This document shows, one piece after another, positions 20,615 to 31,608 of a DNA stretch of 64,000 bases; the stretch's first letter is position 1; every line of letters begins with the position of its first letter. A program made the position numbers and the translations under genes. Source of the stretch: Alkalispirochaeta sp. (GTDB lineage Bacteria > Spirochaetota > Spirochaetia > DSM-27196 > Alkalispirochaetaceae); assembly GCA_965242725.1 (NCBI GenBank), contig CBDESZ010000005.1, positions 64,001 through 128,000 of the forward strand, in the 5' to 3' direction. The notes below the pieces were generated by a model. It was not told the origin of the DNA, searched no databases, and saw nothing but the letters and a program-made list of their open reading frames with translations.

Positions 20615-21952
20615 ATGGTAATGGGAACGACACCCACGATTCGGGACATGCAGGTAATACCTGTTGCGGGTCACGACAGCATGCTGCTCAACCTGAGCGG
20701 CGCCCACGGGCCCTATTTCACGCGGAATATCGTCATCCTCACCGATGACCGGGGAAGAACCGGCATCGGCGAGGTGCCGGGAGGCGAAAAAATTCGCGCT
20801 ACCCTCGTGGACGCTGTTCCGCTGGTGGTGGGGGCGTCGCTTGGTGCGTATAAAAACGTACTTCGGACGGTACAGACCACTTTTGCGGAACGGGACGCCG
20901 GTGGACGGGGTCTGCAGACCTTCGATCTGCGTACAACCATCCATGCCGTGACCGCGATCGAGTCATGCTTCCTTGACCTTCTTGGACAGCACCTCGAGGT
21001 GCCGGTGGCGGCTCTGCTTGGTGAAGGGATGCAGCGGAGCGAGGTTGATGTACTGGGTTACCTCTTTTTTGTTGCCGATCCGGACAAGACCGATCTCCCC
21101 TATGTGAGGGAGAAGGAGTCCAAAACATCCTGGTACCGGGTCAGGCGGGAAGAGGCGCTCACGCCGGACGGTGTGGTTCGTCTCGCCGAGGCGGCTCAGG
21201 AACTGTACGGCTTTCAGGACTTCAAACTGAAAGGGGGCGTCCTTGCCGGCAAGGACGAGATCACGGCGATCCGGGCGTTGAAGGAGCGCTTCCCTGAGGC
21301 ACGCATTACCGTTGACCCCAACGGGGGGTGGTCGCTCGCTGAGGCCATAGAGCTGTGCTCGGACCTCCACGGTGTTCTCGCCTATTGCGAAGATCCCTGC
21401 GGCGCGGAACAGGGCTTCTCGGGACGGGAGATTCTGTCGGAGTTCCGCAAAGCGACGGGCCTGCCGACGGCGACCAATATGGTGGCCACGGACTGGCGTC
21501 AAATGCAGCACTCCATCGCGTTGCAAAGCGTGGATATTCCCCTGGCGGATCCCCATTTCTGGACGATGGCGGGCTCGGTCAGGGTGGGGCAGATGTGCGA
21601 CACCTTCGGTCTCACCTGGGGGTCCCACTCGAATAACCATTTTGACGTCTCTCTGGCAATGTTCACTCACGTAGCGGCGGCGGTTCCCGGCAAGGTGACG
21701 GCAATCGATACGCACTGGATATGGCAGGAGGGGTATGACCGCCTTACACGTCAACCATTGAAAATTGAGAACGGGCGAATACGCGTACCGGAACGACCAG
21801 GCCTCGGCGTAGAGCTTGATATGGACCAGGTGCGGAAGGCCAACGAGTTGTATACCTCGGGGAAGCTTGGAGCCCGGGATGACGCAGTGGGGATGCAGTA
21901 TCTGATACCTGGATGGACCTTTGATAACAAGCGTCCCTGTTTGGTGAGATGA
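20615..21952 (+). CDS. gudD: Glucarate dehydratase
   Basis: [53 protein letters not shown]. Confidence 0.93.
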   Translation: MVMGTTPTIRDMQVIPVAGHDSMLLNLSGAHGPYFTRNIVILTDDRGRTGIGEVPGGEKIRATLVDAVPLVVGASLGAYKNVLRTVQTTFAERDAGGRGLQTFDLRTTIHAVTAIESCFLDLLGQHLEVPVAALLGEGMQRSEVDVLGYLFFVADPDKTDLPYVREKESKTSWYRVRREEALTPDGVVRLAEAAQELYGFQDFKLKGGVLAGKDEITAIRALKERFPEARITVDPNGGWSLAEAIELCSDLHGVLAYCEDPCGAEQGFSGREILSEFRKATGLPTATNMVATDWRQMQHSIALQSVDIPLADPHFWTMAGSVRVGQMCDTFGLTWGSHSNNHFDVSLAMFTHVAAAVPGKVTAIDTHWIWQEGYDRLTRQPLKIENGRIRVPERPGLGVELDMDQVRKANELYTSGKLGARDDAVGMQYLIPGWTFDNKRPCLVR

Positions 21953-22001
21953 AGCAAAAAACCGCTACGTAGTGGCGGAAAAAAAACTTAGGAGGATTGA
22001 G

Positions 22002-22988
22002 ATGAAGAAATTGGTATTATTTCTTTCGATTCTTGTTATTGCCCTGTCGTTTGTAAGTGCAGGAGGACAGCAGGAAGCGGCGACAGCCGGGGATGACGGC
22101 GAACTGAACTGGCCCAACCAGCCGATTAATTTGATCGTACCCTATGCCGCCGGCGGAAACTCCGACTTCAACGCGCGTGCCGTTGCAAAGTATCTTCCCG
22201 AGATTCTCGGTCGTCCCGTTGTCGTTACCAACGTACCCGGCAGTGGTGGAACCATCGGTGCCGCCCAGGTCAAGGATGCGGACCCGGATGGCTATACCAT
22301 TCTCGTCCATCAGCTTTCCCTGAGCATTGCGGAAGCGGCCGGAATGGCGGACTATGGTATCGAGGATTTTGCGATCGGATCGGTATTTTCCAAGGCATCT
22401 CCGGAAGTCCTCGTCGCGAGTGCGGACGCACCCTTTGACAACACTGAAGAGCTCATTGCGTATTCACAGCAGCATCCGGATGAAATCAAACTCACCGCGA
22501 ATACCGGAGCCTCCACGATGTGGCTTGCCATCGGACTTGAAAATGCCGGCGCGGAGCTGAATATCGTTTCTTCCGGCGGATCGGGCGAACGCCTTCAACT
22601 CGTGCTGGGCGGACATGCGGATATCGTCCCCCTCAACTACAGCCAGATCAAGGGATATGTTGAAGAAGGCACACTGAAAATTATCGCAAGTGCCAGTGAT
22701 GAGCGATCGGACCTCATTCCCGATGTGAAGACGCTCCGGGAATCGGGTGTTGAGGCCGGATATGACTACATGAACACGATGATTTTCCCCAAGGACACTG
22801 ATCCGCGAATCGTGGAAAAGTTTTCCAATGCCGTTGGCGAAGTTGTAAACAATAATGAAGAATACCGGGCGGAGATGGCAAAGGCATTCCAACCCCCGAC
22901 GTGGATGAGTGTAGAAGACTCCCGGGAACACTGGTACGCCCAGCGTGAGGAGTTGATGGCTATCAGCGACGTGCTGCAGGGTAATTAA
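22002..22988 (+). CDS. tctC: Tripartite tricarboxylate transporter substrate-binding protein (TctC/Bug)
   Basis: AGGAGG SD, signal peptide, 'WPNQPINLIVPYAAGGNSD', 'NVPGSGGTIG', 'PDGYT'. Confidence 0.9.
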   Translation: MKKLVLFLSILVIALSFVSAGGQQEAATAGDDGELNWPNQPINLIVPYAAGGNSDFNARAVAKYLPEILGRPVVVTNVPGSGGTIGAAQVKDADPDGYTILVHQLSLSIAEAAGMADYGIEDFAIGSVFSKASPEVLVASADAPFDNTEELIAYSQQHPDEIKLTANTGASTMWLAIGLENAGAELNIVSSGGSGERLQLVLGGHADIVPLNYSQIKGYVEEGTLKIIASASDERSDLIPDVKTLRESGVEAGYDYMNTMIFPKDTDPRIVEKFSNAVGEVVNNNEEYRAEMAKAFQPPTWMSVEDSREHWYAQREELMAISDVLQGN

Positions 22989-23009
22989 GCGATTATCCCA
23001 GGTGCGTAT

Positions 23010-23045
23010 TACTGGCCTGAACGCGTTCAGGCCGGTATTTATTTT
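23010..23045 (+). terminator. Intercistronic stem-loop/terminator after tctC
   Basis: TACTGGCCTGAAC-GC-GTTCAGGCCGGTA followed by a T-rich run. Confidence 0.65.
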
Positions 23046-23067
23046 GTGTAATAGGAGAATTACCGGT

Positions 23068-23640
23068 ATGACGAGCGATGTTAAAAAAGAACTGGGGGTA
23101 GGGATTTTCTTCCTGGTTCTGTCAATCGCCTATATGATCGGGACAACCACCATATCGACGTTCACTCCATTCGGAAACAGAGGACTCGATTCGCGATCTG
23201 TTCCATTGCTTATAGGAATTCTCACATGCGCCCTGGCCACCCTGCATATCGTCCTGCTCCTGGTAAAGGAACGCAGACTCCATGCTCGCGCGGCCGGTGA
23301 AAACAAAGGCGCCGAGGATGAGGTATGTGATCCCGACCAGGTTGCGTGTGTTGACGCGCCGAAAGGATCCTTCATCGGTCGTATCGACAATGTTGTACCG
23401 GTGAAACTCGTTCTTTCAATGGTTTTTCTGGTCGTGTACGTCGCGGCGTTTCGGCGGGCCGGATTTATACTTTCAAGTACCTTCTTTTTAATGGCCGAGT
23501 CCTTCCTTCTTGTCCAGGATGAAGAAAGAAAGAAGTGGCGACTCTTCATTATCCTGTTTTCAATCGGTGCCTCGGTTATCGTTTATTTCATATTCACGAA
23601 TTATCTATCATTGTTCCTCCCCAGAGGGATTTTAGGTTAG
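23068..23640 (+). CDS. tctB: Tripartite tricarboxylate transporter TctB
   Basis: Four TM segments, C-terminal 'F...L.LFLPRG', position between tctC and tctA. Confidence 0.85.
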   Translation: MTSDVKKELGVGIFFLVLSIAYMIGTTTISTFTPFGNRGLDSRSVPLLIGILTCALATLHIVLLLVKERRLHARAAGENKGAEDEVCDPDQVACVDAPKGSFIGRIDNVVPVKLVLSMVFLVVYVAAFRRAGFILSSTFFLMAESFLLVQDEERKKWRLFIILFSIGASVIVYFIFTNYLSLFLPRGILG

Positions 23641-23653
23641 GCAGAGTAATCCT

Positions 23654-25156
23654 ATGATTGAGATGTTAATATCAGGTTTCGCGGCGGTGTATGCCGACCC
23701 GATGAGCATTGCCATGATCTTTCTCGGTGTCCTGGTGGGTATCGTCTTTGGTGCGTTGCCCGGGCTTACCGTGGTTGCCGGATTGTCGATGTTTCTCCCC
23801 ATTACATACGTGATGGCGAGCAATGTCGGACTGTCGATGCTGACCGCCGTCTATATTGGAGGTACGTCGGGAGGACTCATTTCGGCGATCCTTCTCAATA
23901 TTCCCGGAACACCCGCCTCCATCGCGACCACCTTTGACGGCTCACCGATGGCAAAGAACGGTCAGGCGGGAAAAGCTCTCGGCCTCGCGGTTTTTGCGTC
24001 GCTGATCGGCACCCTGGTCGGTGTCCTGGTGATGACCGTGTTATCGCCGACCCTCGCCATCCTTACCCTGAAGTTCGGGCCATGGGAGTACTTTTCGGTT
24101 ACGTTCTTTGCATTGACGCTCATTTCCGCCCTTACCGGGAAATCGGTGTTAAAGGGACTGCTGAGCGCCCTCTTTGGAATGATGTTTGCAACGATCGGTC
24201 TTTCTCCGATCGACAGCGCCCGGAGATATACCTTCGGGAGTTTGCAGCTGACCAGCGGTTTTCATCTCCTGGTGGTGCTGGTCGGACTCTATGCGATCAG
24301 CGAGGTGCTCTCCACCGCGTCCGCAAAACAGGCGCCGGTGAAAGTACTCAGCTATAAGATGAAAGGCCTCGGATTCTCGCTGAAGGATCTCAGCGGTAAC
24401 TGGATCAACCTCATACGGAGTTCGCTGCTCGGTCTCGGAATCGGGATACTTCCCGGCATCGGAGGTTCCACGAGCAATATTATTGCCTACTCGGTTGCAA
24501 AAAACTCGAGCAAGCATCCCGATAAATTCGGAACCGGAATTCCCGATGGAATCATCGCCTCGGAATCCAGCAATAACGCGTCCATAGGTGGAGCGATGAT
24601 TCCCCTCCTGACGCTCGGCATACCCGGCGACGGAGCGACGGCAATTCTTCTCGGAGGTTTCATGCTCCACGGCATGACTCCCGGTCCGCTTCTTTTCCAG
24701 CAGAACGGGGAGCTGGTTTACAACATCTTTGCATCCATGATCCTCGGAACGGCGATCATGGCGATTCTGATGTGGGGCGCGATGAGAATGATTGTGCAGG
24801 TGCTCAAGGTTCCGACCCACATCCTGGTGCCCCTCATCGTGGTGCTCTGTTCGATAGGTGCCTACGCGCTGGGCAACCGTGTATTTGACATGTGGGGGCT
24901 GTTGCTGTTTGGTGTCATCGGGCTCCTGATGTCCCGTTTCAAAATACCGGTACCACCCTTTATTCTCGGATTCATCCTTGAGGGCGCATTGGAGACCAAT
25001 CTGAGAAGAGGACTTGAATACTCCAATGGAAATTTCTGGGATGTCTTTACCCGTCCCATCAGCGCCATGTTCCTCGCCCTGACGGTTCTGTCCTTTGCCA
25101 CGACGATGATCAGGCAATACCGTGCGTCCCATGCAACCGGGGAAGCGCAGAAATGA
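23654..25156 (+). CDS. tctA: Tripartite tricarboxylate transporter permease TctA
   Basis: [33 protein letters not shown] motifs. Confidence 0.93.
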   Translation: MIEMLISGFAAVYADPMSIAMIFLGVLVGIVFGALPGLTVVAGLSMFLPITYVMASNVGLSMLTAVYIGGTSGGLISAILLNIPGTPASIATTFDGSPMAKNGQAGKALGLAVFASLIGTLVGVLVMTVLSPTLAILTLKFGPWEYFSVTFFALTLISALTGKSVLKGLLSALFGMMFATIGLSPIDSARRYTFGSLQLTSGFHLLVVLVGLYAISEVLSTASAKQAPVKVLSYKMKGLGFSLKDLSGNWINLIRSSLLGLGIGILPGIGGSTSNIIAYSVAKNSSKHPDKFGTGIPDGIIASESSNNASIGGAMIPLLTLGIPGDGATAILLGGFMLHGMTPGPLLFQQNGELVYNIFASMILGTAIMAILMWGAMRMIVQVLKVPTHILVPLIVVLCSIGAYALGNRVFDMWGLLLFGVIGLLMSRFKIPVPPFILGFILEGALETNLRRGLEYSNGNFWDVFTRPISAMFLALTVLSFATTMIRQYRASHATGEAQK

Positions 25157-26493
25157 GCGCGAAAGAGAAGTTTCCCGTTGTAACTGAAATGCAGGTCATT
25201 CCCGTTGCCGGGAACGACAGCATGCTCCTATCCCTGAGCGGAGCGCACGCCCCGTTCTTTACCCGCAACATCGTGATCCTGAAAGACTCCTCGGGGAATA
25301 CGGGATTGGGCGAAGTCCACGGCGGAGAGGCGATAACCCGGGCCCTTGAAGAATCGGTCCCCTATGTTGTGGGCAGACAGATCAGCGAGTATCGGTCCAT
25401 TCTCAAGGTCCTTACCGATCGTCACAACGCACGATCACGGAACAGCGAAGGGCTGCAGAATCTGTCACTCTCCAACCTCAAGGATGTCGTCCACTCCGAG
25501 ACGGCTGTTGAAAGTGCACTCCTCGATCTGTGGGGCAGGTTTCTCCAAATGCCGGTATGTGACCTCCTTGGTGACGGGAGACAGCGCGAGGAAGCGGTAA
25601 TCCTGGGCTACCTGTTCTACCAGGCAGACCGGAAAAAAACCGATCTGCCCTATATCGATGAGAGCGACAGCGCCAACCCCTGGTTTCGCATACGACGCAA
25701 TGAAGCGATGGACAGTCGTGCCATTGTGGAACAGGCACAGGCTCTTCAGGAGTTCTACGGGTTCCGGGACTTCAAGCTGAAAGGCGGTGTCCTGGAGGGT
25801 GAAAAGGAGATGGAAGCGGTTGAGGCACTGGCTGCCCGATTTCCCGACGCGCGGATCAACATCGATCCAAACGGGGCGTGGAAGCTGGATGAGGCGGTGG
25901 ACCTTTGCTCAGGCAGCAGTCTCACCTACGCCGAAGATCCGTGCGGAACGGAGGCGGGGTATTCCGGAAGGGAAACGATGGCCGAGTTCAAGATGCGGAC
26001 GGGTATCCCCACGGCAACCAATATGATTGCCACCGACTGGCGGCAGTTCTACCATTCGGTCGGTCAGAAATCGGTGGACATCGTCCTCGCCGACCCCCAC
26101 TTCTGGACGATGAGCGGTTCGGTACGGATTGCCCAGGTTCTGAACGACTGGGGGCTCACCTGGGGATCCCATTCCAACAACCATTTCGATATTTCTCTCG
26201 CGATTTTTGCACATTGTGCCGCCGCCGCACCCGGCAATATCACCGCCATGGACACACACTGGATCTGGCAGGACGGTCAGCATTTGACAATGGAGCCCCA
26301 TCGTATTGAAAACGGGGTGATTCGTGTTTCCGACGCCCCCGGCCTTGGCATCGACATCAATATGGATGCCGTGATGAAGGCCCATGAGGTGTACAGGAAG
26401 CTTCCCTTCGGCGCCCGAAACGACGCGATCGGGATGCAATACCTCATTCCGGACTGGACTTTTGACAGCAAGCGACCATGTATGGTTCGATAG
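25153..26493 (+). CDS. Second glucarate dehydratase-family enzyme (GudX-like paralogue)
   Basis: Same enolase-superfamily motifs as gudD but a divergent loop around residue 100. Confidence 0.88.
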   Translation: MSAKEKFPVVTEMQVIPVAGNDSMLLSLSGAHAPFFTRNIVILKDSSGNTGLGEVHGGEAITRALEESVPYVVGRQISEYRSILKVLTDRHNARSRNSEGLQNLSLSNLKDVVHSETAVESALLDLWGRFLQMPVCDLLGDGRQREEAVILGYLFYQADRKKTDLPYIDESDSANPWFRIRRNEAMDSRAIVEQAQALQEFYGFRDFKLKGGVLEGEKEMEAVEALAARFPDARINIDPNGAWKLDEAVDLCSGSSLTYAEDPCGTEAGYSGRETMAEFKMRTGIPTATNMIATDWRQFYHSVGQKSVDIVLADPHFWTMSGSVRIAQVLNDWGLTWGSHSNNHFDISLAIFAHCAAAAPGNITAMDTHWIWQDGQHLTMEPHRIENGVIRVSDAPGLGIDINMDAVMKAHEVYRKLPFGARNDAIGMQYLIPDWTFDSKRPCMVR

Positions 26494-26515
26494 TATTCAT
26501 TCAGGAGCAGAATCA

Positions 26516-26890
26516 ATGTCGACAAAGATTGCCATGACGATCGACGGGAAGCGGTTCAACGGTGAACTGAATGACTCCCCCACGGGGCGGCACGTTCTCG
26601 GGATGCTTCCATTACGCTTCACAATGAGTCGCTGGGGTGACGAGTATTACGGCTCAATCGGCCGTGGATTTGACCTCGAAGAGGACGCCCGGGATGTGCT
26701 GGACATCGGTGAACTCGCCTATTGGCCGCCGGGGTCCGCTCTTTGTCTCTTTTTCGGACCAACGCCGGCCAGTGTGGCCGAAGAGCCGCGCGCCGCATCG
26801 GAGGTGAATCCGATCGGCACCATAGACGGGGAGCTGTCGGTGCTCAAGGGAATGGGGTCTGCCGTCGAGGTGACACTGGAAAAGGCGTAG
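26516..26890 (+). CDS. Cyclophilin-like fold protein
   Basis: AGGAG SD; 'RWGDEYY', 'GELAYWPPGSALCLFFGPTP', 'VNPIG'. Confidence 0.8.
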   Translation: MSTKIAMTIDGKRFNGELNDSPTGRHVLGMLPLRFTMSRWGDEYYGSIGRGFDLEEDARDVLDIGELAYWPPGSALCLFFGPTPASVAEEPRAASEVNPIGTIDGELSVLKGMGSAVEVTLEKA

Positions 26891-26922
26891 GGGGATCGCC
26901 CCTGCCGCTATTGCCTTGACCG

Positions 26923-27789
26923 TTACTGCCCCGCCAGTGATCCCGCCGTCAGCCCCCGCAGGAAATACCTTCCCGAAATGACATACACCACCAATGTGGG
27001 CAGGCCGGCGATTATCGCCCCGGCCATGTCCACGTTGTATTCCTTCACGCCGGTACTGGTATTCACAAGATTGTTGAGGGCCACCGTAATTGGCTGACTG
27101 CCGCTTCCGGAAAAGGAGACACCAAAGAGAAAGTCGTTCCATATTTGCGTCGTCTGCCAGATGACGGAAACCATGAATATGGGGCCCGATATTGGAAGGA
27201 GAATGCGCAGAAAGATCGTAAAGAATCCGGCGCCGTCGATTTTTGCCATTTCTACCATAGCGGTGGGGACGGAGACGTAATAATTCCGGAAGAAGAGGGT
27301 CGTAAAGGGAATCCCGTACACAACGTGGACAAATACAAGCCCGCTGACGCGCTGGGCCATTCCCATCCAGCCGAGGGTCTGGGACATCGGCAGAAGGATG
27401 ACCTGAAAGGGAATGAAGCAACCAAGGAGAAGGGCGGTAAAGAACGCCTCGCTCCCGGAAAAGCGCCATTTGGAAAAGACGTATCCGTTAACCGCGCCGA
27501 TGAGGGTGGAGATCACGACGGCGGGTACCACCATGCGGACGGAGTTCCAGAAGTGGCCGTTCAGGGTGGACCACGCCTTGACCCATGCGTCGAAAACCAC
27601 CGCCCTTGGGAGTGTCACGAGGGTGCCGGTGCGGATATCGGCGAGGGTCTTCAGTGAGGTGTTGATCATGATCAGGAAAGGGACCAGGAACACCATCGCC
27701 GCCGCCGCAAGAAAAATGTAGACGAGAAACATATGGGCGACGTTGGCGGAACCGGGGCCGGCGGTCATGCGTGCCTTTTCAGTTGCCAT
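26923..27789 (-). CDS. Carbohydrate ABC transporter permease (MalG/GtsC-like)
   Basis: EAA-like motif 'EMAKIDGAG', WNDF. Confidence 0.9.
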   Translation of the reverse strand: MATEKARMTAGPGSANVAHMFLVYIFLAAAAMVFLVPFLIMINTSLKTLADIRTGTLVTLPRAVVFDAWVKAWSTLNGHFWNSVRMVVPAVVISTLIGAVNGYVFSKWRFSGSEAFFTALLLGCFIPFQVILLPMSQTLGWMGMAQRVSGLVFVHVVYGIPFTTLFFRNYYVSVPTAMVEMAKIDGAGFFTIFLRILLPISGPIFMVSVIWQTTQIWNDFLFGVSFSGSGSQPITVALNNLVNTSTGVKEYNVDMAGAIIAGLPTLVVYVISGRYFLRGLTAGSLAGQ

Positions 27790-28702
27790 CGCGGGTTCCT
27801 CGCAATTCGTAAAAGAGATAGGGAACGACGATCACCATCACCATGATGAACATGACGACGGAACTCGCGGCGCCCAGGGCGAGGCGATCGTATTTGAAGG
27901 AGAAATCGTACATGAACGTCGCCGGCATGTCGGTGGCGATACCGGGCCCCCCCTGGGTGAGGACGACGACGAGGTCAAAGCTCTTTATCGAGAGGTGGGC
28001 GAGGACGATCACAGCGCTGAGAAAGACGGGACGCAGCATGGGGATGAGAATGTACCAGTAAATGGAGGTCAGCCTGGCGCCGTCCACCTGGGCCGCTTCG
28101 GGAATGGAGGAGTCGATGCTCCGCAGCCCCGCCAGAAAGAGGCTCATCACATACCCGGCGGATTGCCAAACCGCAGCGATGACGAGGGTGTATATCGCCA
28201 TTTTTGTATCCACCAGCCATCGGAAGGTAAAGGTCTCAAATCCAAGATCCCGGACGAGCCGCTCAATGCCGAGGGAGGGATTCAGAATCCACTTCCAGAT
28301 CGTTCCGGTCACGATGAAAGAGAGTGCCATCGGATAGAGGTATACGGTCTGGAGAAACCGTTCGCCCCGTATTCGCTGGTCCAGGAGAATTGCCAGCAGA
28401 AGGCCGACGATGATGGATATGCCGATATAGAGGGAACTGAATACTCCAAGATTGCGCATGGCGATGGTCCATCGTTCCTGTCGTACAAAGAGGGTGACGT
28501 ACTGCACAAACCCTTCCAGCTCATACCGGGGAAGCATGCGGGAGTCGGTGAAGGAAATCCACAGCGTCCACAGGATGAACCCGTAAAAGAAGACGATCGT
28601 CACGACAAGGGTCGGAACCAGCACGAGCCGCGGAACGATCGGTCTGCGTCGCCCTGTCAGGCGGCGTCCTTTTCTCCGAGCCTGGGATTCGCCTGCCGCC
28701 AT
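27779..28702 (-). CDS. Carbohydrate ABC transporter permease (MalF/GtsB-like)
   Basis: EAAQVDGA, 'KSFDLV..LTQGGPG'. Confidence 0.9.
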   Translation of the reverse strand: MAAGESQARRKGRRLTGRRRPIVPRLVLVPTLVVTIVFFYGFILWTLWISFTDSRMLPRYELEGFVQYVTLFVRQERWTIAMRNLGVFSSLYIGISIIVGLLLAILLDQRIRGERFLQTVYLYPMALSFIVTGTIWKWILNPSLGIERLVRDLGFETFTFRWLVDTKMAIYTLVIAAVWQSAGYVMSLFLAGLRSIDSSIPEAAQVDGARLTSIYWYILIPMLRPVFLSAVIVLAHLSIKSFDLVVVLTQGGPGIATDMPATFMYDFSFKYDRLALGAASSVVMFIMVMVIVVPYLFYELRGTRDGN

Positions 28703-28729
28703 ACATCCTCCTTCCCGTTGACGGAAACG

Positions 28730-28755
28730 CGGCGGGTATCGGGTGATACCCGCCG
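28730..28755 (-). terminator. Intercistronic stem-loop after the binding-protein gene
   Basis: CGGCGGGTATC-GGGT-GATACCCGCCG, perfect 11-bp stem. Confidence 0.6.
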
Positions 28756-28788
28756 GATTTTCGGATTGTCATGTCGACCGAAGACGCG

Positions 28789-30081
28789 TCAGTTTGCCCC
28801 TCGAACGGCACTCGCCAAGTTGGCCGCGGCGTCCCGGGCGGACATATTGGAGTTCACAAAGGTCGTAACCGTGTCGAGCATCGCACCCCGGATAGCCCGG
28901 GATACGGCCATTTCATGAGCCATACTGGGAATCAGGTTTCCCGTCTCGGCGGCGGCGGCAAAATCCTGCATCGAAAGTCGCGCCGGAATGTCGAAGGGAT
29001 CCGGTGACATGCCCATGCGTACCGGTATCGACCCCTTGTAAATGTTGAAGGTTTCCTGGAAGGAGGGCGCCAGTATCAGGCGCGCCATCGCCCGCTGGGC
29101 CGCTTTGTCCGCCGGATCATCGACATCGAACATGATGAAGCTGTCGATGTTGAATATGAACTGATCGCTCGTACCCGGTGCGGGGGCGGCGATGTAGTCC
29201 CGGTCCGGAACCTTGTCGGCGGCGGTAAACTCACCCTTTGCCCAGTCACCCATGAATTGCATCGCCGCATCACCCTCGATGACCATTGCAGTTGCAAGGT
29301 TCCAGTCCCTCCCCGGCGCACCGGGATCGGTAAAGCTGTGAATCATCCGTAGTGTCTCAAAAACCCGCACCATGGTGGGGCTGTTGATCGCGGCGGGATC
29401 GGCCTCAACCATCGTTTGATTGTAGAAATCGGTTCCCCCGACACCTGCGACAACGGTCTCAAAGACGGTAGCTTCCTGCCAGTCCTGACCGCCCCATGCG
29501 ACGGGAATGTAGCCGGCCGCTCTGATAGCCCGTGCCGCCGTTGCAAACTCTTCCCACGTCGTCGGAATATCCACGCCGGCAGCGGCAAAGACTTCGGGAT
29601 TGCACCACATCCAGTTTATGCGGTGTACGTTGACCGGTACGGCAACCCAGTTTCCCTCATACTTCATGATGTCCGCAACGACCCCCGGAATGAGGCGGTT
29701 CCAGTTTTCGTCCTGAGCGACACCGTTCAGGTTGGTCAGGAATCCTTCCTCCGCCCACGCCTGAATTTGCGGTCCCTTTACCTGCGCCGCCGTCGGCGGA
29801 TTTCCCGCAACGGCACGTGAGCGCAGCGCGGTCATTGCGGCATCACCGCCGCCCCCGGCTACGGCAAAGTCGGTCCATGTGTGTCCTTCCCCTTCCAGCT
29901 GCTCCTTCAGGACTTCCACCGCCGCGGCCTCACCTCCCGAGGTCCACCAGTGGAGCACCTCCACCTCGCCTTTCAAATCCCCGGCCGGCGCCATCCCGCC
30001 CGTCTCGCGTTCACCCCGCGCAAAGACAAGGGCGACACAGGCGACAGCCAGAACCAGCAGCACCAAAACCCGTTTTGTCAT
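28789..30081 (-). CDS. Sugar ABC transporter substrate-binding protein (glucose/mannose GtsA-like)
   Basis: 'EVLHWWTSGGEAAA', 'AVAGGGG', 'PVNVHRINW', 'MGDWAKGEF'; GAGGAGG SD. Confidence 0.88.
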   Translation of the reverse strand: MTKRVLVLLVLAVACVALVFARGERETGGMAPAGDLKGEVEVLHWWTSGGEAAAVEVLKEQLEGEGHTWTDFAVAGGGGDAAMTALRSRAVAGNPPTAAQVKGPQIQAWAEEGFLTNLNGVAQDENWNRLIPGVVADIMKYEGNWVAVPVNVHRINWMWCNPEVFAAAGVDIPTTWEEFATAARAIRAAGYIPVAWGGQDWQEATVFETVVAGVGGTDFYNQTMVEADPAAINSPTMVRVFETLRMIHSFTDPGAPGRDWNLATAMVIEGDAAMQFMGDWAKGEFTAADKVPDRDYIAAPAPGTSDQFIFNIDSFIMFDVDDPADKAAQRAMARLILAPSFQETFNIYKGSIPVRMGMSPDPFDIPARLSMQDFAAAAETGNLIPSMAHEMAVSRAIRGAMLDTVTTFVNSNMSARDAAANLASAVRGAN

Positions 30082-30114
30082 GTCTGCCTCCTCATATTGA
30101 GTTTCCATTGGGGA

Positions 30115-30131
30115 AGCAATCTCCGTGCCGG
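30115..30131 (-). promoter_or_regulatory. Sigma-54 (-24/-12) promoter
   Basis: Minus strand CCGGCACGGAGATTGCT = GG-N10-GC, 34 nt upstream of the binding-protein start and just downstream of a sigma-54 activator gene. Confidence 0.8.
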
Positions 30132-30246
30132 CCAGGAGCAGACTGTGTAATTCATTTACCGGGATATATTTATGATCGTCGAATGGCGGACTTTCGGCAC
30201 AAAGAGCGGTTCAGATCAACCGGTGCCGCCGGCGTGGCGGTCCATT

Positions 30247-31608
30247 TCAACCAGCCGAAATGCCGTGTTTCCTCAGGCGGTAGCGGAGGCGGCTGCGGGA
30301 AATCCGGAGCATCCGTGCGGCGGCCGATACGTTTCCCCCGCACGCCGCGAGCGTTTCCTTCAGGGTCGTCTTTTCCCGGGCGTCGAGTTCGCTTTCGCCC
30401 TCGGCTCGCCAGCCCTCCTGGCCTAGAGGCTGCATGTCCGCGGGCAGATCGGCGACGTCGATCTGCCGATGACCGGCAAAGACGACGGCTCGCTCGATAA
30501 CGTTGCGAAGTTCCCTGACGTTTCCGGGCCACCGGTAGCGGATGAGCGTCGCTTCCGCTTCCCGGGACAGTCCCGTAATCCCTTTCTTCAGTTCCCGGGC
30601 GGAGCGGGCAAGAAAGATATGTGCCAGCGGAATGATGTCGTCTTGCCGGTTCCGAAGGGACGGAATATCAATGGTGATCGTGTTGATCCGGTAGAACAGG
30701 TCTTTTCGGAACGTCCCCCGTTCCACCAGTCCGGCGAGGTCCCTGTTGGTTGCGCAAATGATGCGGGTGTTTATGGTGATGGTGGTCGTGCTCCCCAGAG
30801 GTTCAAACTGCTTTTCCTCCAGGAGGCGCAGGAGTTTGGCCTGAAGTGCCGGGGTCAGATCGGCAATTTCGTCCAGAAAGAGGGTCCCCCCGTCGGCCAG
30901 ACGTACCTTCCCCTTGAAGTCGCCGTCTGCACCGGTGAAGGCTCCCCGGCGGTAGCCGAAGAGTTCGCTTTCAAGGAGTGTCTCCGGAATGGTGGGACAA
31001 TTGATTGCAACAAACGGCCGCCCCTCTTCGCCGGATAGCCGGTGAATCACCCGGGCGACAACGCCCTTGCCGCTGCCGCTCTCACCGGTTATGAGTACCG
31101 GTGCCGGAGTCGGGGCGACCCTGGCGGCGGTTCTCGCAACCTGTCGCATCGGTTCACTTTCGCAGACAAGCTCATCCCGATGGAGAATTTCATTCAGTCG
31201 GCGATTTTCATCTGAGAGGTACTCCACCTCAAAAACACGATCGATGACCCTGCAAAAGACGTCTTTGTTGAAGGGCTTGGTGATGAAATCAATGGCACCT
31301 CGTTTCATAGCTTCCACCGCAACTTCAATGGTGCCGTAGGCGGTAATGAGAATGAGGGGGATGTCGTATCCGTTCTCCTTCAGGTGTTCGAGGAGACCGA
31401 TCCCGTCAAGGTGCGGCATCTTGAGATCGGTCACGATCAGATCGACGATCTCACCATCACGTATCCGGTCAACCGCTTCCCTGCCGTCGGCAGCGGTCGC
31501 AACCGCGTAGCCCCGGCTTTCCAGCAGAATCGTGAGGGCTTCGCACATATTGGGTTCATCATCGACGATCAGTATTCGTTTCATATTCTCCGCCTGAAAC
31601 TCCTTCAC
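30247..31608 (-). CDS. Sigma-54-dependent response regulator (NtrC/AtoC family)
   Basis: REC domain (DD, DLKMP), GESGSGK, ESELFG, GAFTGA, LFLDEI, WPGNVREL, Fis HTH. Confidence 0.95.
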   Translation of the reverse strand: MKEFQAENMKRILIVDDEPNMCEALTILLESRGYAVATAADGREAVDRIRDGEIVDLIVTDLKMPHLDGIGLLEHLKENGYDIPLILITAYGTIEVAVEAMKRGAIDFITKPFNKDVFCRVIDRVFEVEYLSDENRRLNEILHRDELVCESEPMRQVARTAARVAPTPAPVLITGESGSGKGVVARVIHRLSGEEGRPFVAINCPTIPETLLESELFGYRRGAFTGADGDFKGKVRLADGGTLFLDEIADLTPALQAKLLRLLEEKQFEPLGSTTTITINTRIICATNRDLAGLVERGTFRKDLFYRINTITIDIPSLRNRQDDIIPLAHIFLARSARELKKGITGLSREAEATLIRYRWPGNVRELRNVIERAVVFAGHRQIDVADLPADMQPLGQEGWRAEGESELDAREKTTLKETLAACGGNVSAAARMLRISRSRLRYRLRKHGISAG

